Below, piece by piece: positions 59,475-64,000 of a DNA stretch of 64,000 bases. Where the stretch lies: positions 608,001 through 672,000 of the forward strand of contig OZ243956.1 in NCBI GenBank assembly GCA_965214405.1, written 5' to 3'. The stretch comes from Trueperaceae bacterium (lineage in GTDB: Bacteria > Deinococcota > Deinococci > Deinococcales > Trueperaceae). Each line of letters begins with the position of its first letter. Positions within the stretch are counted from its first letter, which is position 1. The position numbers and the translations under genes are program-made. The notes under the pieces are model-generated. The model saw nothing but the letters and a program-made list of their open reading frames with translations, ran no database searches and was not told the DNA's origin.

Positions 59475-59580
59475 CTGATGTTGGGTTCTTCTAAGGATGT
59501 TGGCGACTAAGCCGCCTCGTCTCCCTTGCTCTACAAGGTCCCCCCGCACCTTATTAATCACGGGGCGACCGCGCCGCCTG

Positions 59581-60849
59581 TTAATCACGAGGTAACCGTA
59601 CCTCGACCGCGCGCGCGTGGGCCTCGAGCCCCTCCGCCCTCGCCATCGTCGCGGCGGCGGGGCCGATTTTAGCGAGAAGGTCGGCGCTCAAGTTGACCAG
59701 GGGCATCACTTTTTGGAAATCGCGCACGTTGACGGCGCTCGAGAAACGCGCCGTGCCGCCCGTGGGCATCACGTGGCTCGGCCCGGCCAGATAGTCGCCC
59801 AGCGCCTCCATGCTGTTCTCGCCCAAGAACACGCCGCCCGCGTGCTCGACGCCCGGCAGCAGCGCCCAGGGGTCTTGCACGAGCAAACAGAGGTGTTCGG
59901 GCGCGTAGAGGTTGGCGACCTCTAAACCTTCCGCCAGACTCTCGACCAGCACGACGTAACCCCGCTCAACGGACGCTCTCGCCGTGGCCCCGGTGGGAAG
60001 AGTTTGAAGTTGAAGCTCGAGCTCCGTTCGCACCGCCTCCGCCAATGCTCGGCTCGGCGTGACCAGCACGGGCTGCGCCCCCTCGTGCTCGGCTTGCGCC
60101 AAAAGGTCGGCGGTGACGAAGCGGGGCTCCGCCGACGCGTCCGCCAGCACGAGCGTTTCGGTGGGGCCGGGCAGCGCCTCGATACCGACCGCGCCGTAGA
60201 CCAGCCTTTTGGCGTGTACGACGTAGCGGTTGCCTGGGCCGACGATTTTGTCTACCCTGGGCACGTTGTCCGTGCCGTAGGCGAGCGCCGCCACCGCCTG
60301 CGCGCCGCCTATGCGGTAGACCTCGCTCAGGCCGAGCAGCCGCGCTGTCATAAGAATCTCGGGTGCGACGCTCCCGTCCCTGCGCGGCGGCGTCGCCACG
60401 ACGATGTCGGGCACCCCGGCCACCTGCGCGGGAACCGCAGTCATCAGCAGCGTGCTAAAGAGCGGCGCGGTGCCGCCTGGTATGTAGCACGCCACGCGCT
60501 CTAAAGGCCTCATCAAGAGTCCCAACAGCGCCCCCTCGGCGGGGTGCAAAAAACCTTCTTTGGGCTGATGGCTGTAGAAGTCGCGGACGCGCGTCGCGGC
60601 GAGCTCGATGGCCCTTTTGAGACTATCCGGTACGCGCGCCTCGGCCTCGTCAAAGGCGGCGGCGGGCACGCGCGGGTCCTCGAGGGCCACACCGTCAAAA
60701 CGTTCGGTAAAACGCGTCAGGGCCGCGTCACCCTCCGACCGCACTGCCTGCAAAACTTCCGCCACGGCGCGTTCTATGCCAGCGTCGCCCGCGTCTGCGC
60801 TGCGGTTTTTGAAAAGAGTGAGCGCTTCGGCTCCGGTTATCGTCCTCAC
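59581..60849 (-). CDS. hisD: Histidinol dehydrogenase
   Basis: [53 protein letters not shown]. Confidence 0.96.
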   Translation of the reverse strand: MRTITGAEALTLFKNRSADAGDAGIERAVAEVLQAVRSEGDAALTRFTERFDGVALEDPRVPAAAFDEAEARVPDSLKRAIELAATRVRDFYSHQPKEGFLHPAEGALLGLLMRPLERVACYIPGGTAPLFSTLLMTAVPAQVAGVPDIVVATPPRRDGSVAPEILMTARLLGLSEVYRIGGAQAVAALAYGTDNVPRVDKIVGPGNRYVVHAKRLVYGAVGIEALPGPTETLVLADASAEPRFVTADLLAQAEHEGAQPVLVTPSRALAEAVRTELELQLQTLPTGATARASVERGYVVLVESLAEGLEVANLYAPEHLCLLVQDPWALLPGVEHAGGVFLGENSMEALGDYLAGPSHVMPTGGTARFSSAVNVRDFQKVMPLVNLSADLLAKIGPAAATMARAEGLEAHARAVEVRLPRD

Positions 60850-60904
60850 CGGCCTATCATACCGTTCTTGCCGCGCAGGACCTCGAAACACCTTAGAATG
60901 GCAT

Positions 60905-62065
60905 ATGCCACACTTCCCCAACGCCAAACCCCAAGTTCTTGTCGTCGGCGCGGGCATCGTCGGGGGGAGTTGCGCGCACCACTTAGCGGCGCGGGGGGCG
61001 CAGGTGACGGTGCTCGAGCGCGCCCCCCACCCCGCGGGCGGGGCCACCGCCAAGTCCGCCGCGGGCATCCGCCACGGCTTTTCGCACCCTGAAAATGTCA
61101 GGATGTCGCTCCACAGCGCTCAAGCGTTCTCAAACTTTGAGGCGCTGACGGGGGTGGACGCGGGTTACCGAAAAGTCGGCTACCTTTTTCTCGTGCCGGA
61201 AGCGGGCTGGGCGGCGTGGGGAGAACAACTCGAGATGCAGCGCGCCCTCGGCGCGCGGGCCGACGTCTTGAACATCACAGACCTTCAAGCGCGCTTTCCC
61301 GACGTTTCCACCCAAGGTTTAGGCGGGGCCAGCTTCGGCCCCGACGACGGCGTGGTCGACCCGCACGCGGTCACGCTCGGCTATTTGGGCGCGGCGCGGC
61401 GGGCGGGGGCGCGGGTGAGGCTGGGGGCGGAGGTGCTCGAGCTTACCCACAAGAAAAACGTGTGGACTCTCTCCTGCAACGGCGAAACCTTTTACGCCGA
61501 CGCGGTCGTCAACGCCGCGGGGCCTTTCGCGGGTGAGTTGGGGCGGCGCGCAGGCTTGAACCTTCCCGTCCTCCCCACCCGCCGCAACGTCTACGTCACC
61601 GCGCCCCTGCCCGATTACCCGCACCCAAGCCCCTTGATGATTGACATGAGCACGGGCGTCTGGGTGCGGAGCGAGGGGGAACGCTTTATTTTTGGTTTGT
61701 CTAAGCTCGACGAGCCGCCGGGGGATAACCAGGCGGTCGATTGGGACTGGCTCGAGCCCACCCTCACCCAGGCGCTGCCGCGTTTTCCCTTTTTGGAGCG
61801 CGCGGGCTTAGACGCGCGCGCCTGCTGGGCCGGACTCTACGCCATCACCCCGGACCACCTGCCGATTCTAGGCGAGATGCCGAACGCACCGGGTTTTTTC
61901 AACGCCTGCGGCTTCTCGGGCCACGGCGTCCAGCACAGCCCCGCCACCGGGCTTATCATCGCCGAAGAGGTTTCGGACGGCGGCGCGCACTCGTTTAACA
62001 TCCAAAATTTTCGTTTCAAGCGCTTTCAAAAGGAGACGGTGAGGCTCGAGCAGAACGTGATTTAG
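60905..62065 (+). CDS. FAD-dependent oxidoreductase (sarcosine oxidase/DAO family)
   Basis: VVGAGIVG, GATAKSAAG, VNAAG, WAGLY.ITPD..PILG, GFSGHG. Confidence 0.9.
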   Translation: MPHFPNAKPQVLVVGAGIVGGSCAHHLAARGAQVTVLERAPHPAGGATAKSAAGIRHGFSHPENVRMSLHSAQAFSNFEALTGVDAGYRKVGYLFLVPEAGWAAWGEQLEMQRALGARADVLNITDLQARFPDVSTQGLGGASFGPDDGVVDPHAVTLGYLGAARRAGARVRLGAEVLELTHKKNVWTLSCNGETFYADAVVNAAGPFAGELGRRAGLNLPVLPTRRNVYVTAPLPDYPHPSPLMIDMSTGVWVRSEGERFIFGLSKLDEPPGDNQAVDWDWLEPTLTQALPRFPFLERAGLDARACWAGLYAITPDHLPILGEMPNAPGFFNACGFSGHGVQHSPATGLIIAEEVSDGGAHSFNIQNFRFKRFQKETVRLEQNVI

Positions 62066-62178
62066 GGACAAAGAGATTAGGAAGATGGGGTGTGAGGGTG
62101 GTGGCGAATCACCCTATTTCCCCCGCCCCTCCGCTCCCCAACACATTTTCAGATGTATGACGCCTGTGGCGCGTTAGA

Positions 62179-62832
62179 CTAAAACATCTCCTGCAAAGCA
62201 AGGGCTTCGTCCGCAGAGACATTTTTTATGGGCGTGGTCATGCCCTCGAGCGCCAGCCGCAAACTCTTGTGAAGCTCGCCCGCAATCGAGCGCCCCGTGT
62301 GGTAGGCCGCCCACTGCAACGCGTTCAAGAAAAACGTGTCGGCGAGGGTGCGCGCCAAACGTTCGCGCGACACGTCGCGCCGCACGAGCCCCGCCTTTTG
62401 CCCTTTGGAGAGCGCCTCACCGATAATCGCCGCGAGCGGGAGCGCTTCAAAGGCCGCTTTGGAGCGCGCCGGGTCGGGGTTGAGCAGTTCGTAACCGAGC
62501 GGCAGCATGAGCGTCCGGTTGGCCTCGACAAAGCGCGCCAGGTCGTCGAACACCGCGTAAAGAACCTCTACAGGTGACGTGCCCTGTACAAGCTGAGAGG
62601 CAACCTGCGCCTCTAGGTCGTGAAGGTGGACGGCGGTGTGCTCGAGCAAAATCGCCTCTTTATAAGGGTAATAGTTAAAAAACGTGCCGCGCGACACGCC
62701 CGCCGCCCCGGCGATATCGACCACGGTCGTTTCGGCAAACCCTTGAGTTCTAAAAAGCTTCATCGCTTCGCTGTAGATGCGCGCGCGCCGGTCGCGTTTT
62801 TGCCGCTCGCGCAAGGAGGTGGGAGGGTGCAT
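62179..62832 (-). CDS. TetR family regulator
   Basis: LF..QGF.ETT..DIA.AAGVSRGTFFNYY..KE helix-turn-helix. Confidence 0.92.
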   Translation of the reverse strand: MHPPTSLRERQKRDRRARIYSEAMKLFRTQGFAETTVVDIAGAAGVSRGTFFNYYPYKEAILLEHTAVHLHDLEAQVASQLVQGTSPVEVLYAVFDDLARFVEANRTLMLPLGYELLNPDPARSKAAFEALPLAAIIGEALSKGQKAGLVRRDVSRERLARTLADTFFLNALQWAAYHTGRSIAGELHKSLRLALEGMTTPIKNVSADEALALQEMF

Positions 62833-63009
62833 GGGGCTATTGTACCGGGAGGAGCGAATGGGGTTCGAGAGGTTTGCACAAGCGTTATTCGCGGTTAACG
62901 TCCACTTGAGAAAAAGAGTCGTCCAGCGGCGCCTCAAGCTCACACACCATGTCGTTATAAGCTGGTTGAGGATAAGGTCAGGGTTAACAAGCTAAAGTGA
63001 TTAAGGGTG

Positions 63010-63390
63010 ATGAACGTGGGTGAGGTCAGAGCCAAAGTGATGTTGCTGGATACGCGGGGGCCGCTCGAGCTAGACGCCTTGGTCGATACCGGCGCGGTTA
63101 TCTCGCTGATAGGTCGAGATATTGCGGATTTTCTCGAGCTTTCCATCATCCGGCAGGGTGTATTCGAAATGGCCGACGGGCGCAAAATCACCCTGCCCAT
63201 CGTTGGGCCTTTGCACGTCAGCATCCTGGGACGAGAAGCGTATATCGAGGTCGCGGTAGCCGAGCCCAGTACGGAGCCGCTGATTGGTCAACTTGTTTTA
63301 GAGGCACTCGACCTCATCGTGGACGCGCCCCGCAAGAGGCTGAGGACCAGGCCCGAGTCGCCCACGTTGCCGAGCTACAAGCTGAAGTAG
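63010..63390 (+). CDS. Clan AA (retropepsin-like) aspartyl protease
   Basis: ALVDTGA, MADGR, PLIG...LE.LDLIVD. Confidence 0.82.
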   Translation: MNVGEVRAKVMLLDTRGPLELDALVDTGAVISLIGRDIADFLELSIIRQGVFEMADGRKITLPIVGPLHVSILGREAYIEVAVAEPSTEPLIGQLVLEALDLIVDAPRKRLRTRPESPTLPSYKLK

Positions 63391-63435
63391 TCGAGACTGA
63401 AGCGCTGTTCAACCTCTCCAATAAACCCCAAAGGA

Positions 63436-63456
63436 AAAGCCGCCCGGTGGCGGCTC
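63436..63456 (-). terminator. Intrinsic terminator after rplT
   Basis: AGCCGCC/GGCGGCT hairpin with a T-run on the minus strand. Confidence 0.55.
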
Positions 63457-63483
63457 GAGTTTTACTGACTTGTTAAACGACGC

Positions 63484-63834
63484 TTACGCAGCTCTGGACA
63501 CTTCCACAAGCTTCCTGAACGCCTCGGGTTGCTGCACAGCCAAGTCGGCCAAGACTTTGCGGTTGATTTCGACACCCGACTTGCGCAGGCCGCTCATAAA
63601 CACCGAATAGCTCATCCCCTCCTGACGCGCGGCGGCGTTGATGCGCGCGATCCAGAGGCGGCGGAAGGTGTTCTTCTTATCGCGGCGGTCGCGGTATTCG
63701 TAGTCCGCGGCGTTAAGAAGCGTTTGCTGGGCGATGCGGAAGCTTTTAGAGCGTAAGCCCCAGAAACCCTTGGCGCGTTTTAAGACCTTTTTGTGTTTGG
63801 CGCGGCGGACCGTGCCGGTTCTGGCTCTTGGCAC
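63484..63834 (-). CDS. rplT: 50S ribosomal protein L20
   Basis: [34 protein letters not shown]. Confidence 0.97.
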   Translation of the reverse strand: MPRARTGTVRRAKHKKVLKRAKGFWGLRSKSFRIAQQTLLNAADYEYRDRRDKKNTFRRLWIARINAAARQEGMSYSVFMSGLRKSGVEINRKVLADLAVQQPEAFRKLVEVSRAA

Positions 63835-63843
63835 TCTCTACCC

Positions 63844-64000
63844 CTACTCGTAGGGCAAAAGCGCCTTGATGCGCTTTGCGTCGGGTTCGGCGATGATGAG
63901 GTCGGTGCGGCCCTGGCGAACGCGCTTGCCACTCTTTTTGAAGTTCAAGTGGCGCTTGCCCGAGCGCGACGCTTTGACCTTACCTCGCCCAGTGATCTTG
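63844..64000 (-). CDS. rpmI: 50S ribosomal protein L35, 5' truncated by window
   Basis: KITGRGKVK...GKRHLNFKKSGKR...RIKALLPYE*, directly upstream of rplT. Confidence 0.92.
   Translation of the reverse strand, partial: KITGRGKVKASRSGKRHLNFKKSGKRVRQGRTDLIIAEPDAKRIKALLPYE

Overview
GC-rich bacterial chromosomal segment, most likely Deinococcota (Truepera/Meiothermus-like, inferred from L35, FtsA/MurC style, leaderless TANNNT promoters and heavy CTCGAG over-representation). Core content: two uracil-DNA glycosylases, an RlmI-like methyltransferase, tRNA-Val(GAC) and tRNA-Cys(GCA), recN, dtd, pstSCAB, beta-oxidation genes, RNase P RNA, the dcw cluster (mraZ to ftsZ, without murE or ddl), ribF, hisD, rplT and rpmI. 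Two accessory islands stand out. (1) At 18.9-20.9 kb: a broken cas6, a multi-hairpin repeat, an intact vapBC pair and a two-repeat, one-spacer CRISPR mini-array ending in ATTGAAAC. (2) At 36.9-40.3 kb, beside rnpB: same-strand toxin-antitoxin-like modules (HNH plus partner; vapBC with vapB split by an IS5-family element; a frameshifted DUF2281-like antitoxin) punctuated by three copies of a ~100-115 bp CTCGAG-bounded stem-loop repeat. Family assignments come from motif recognition only; no searches were run.
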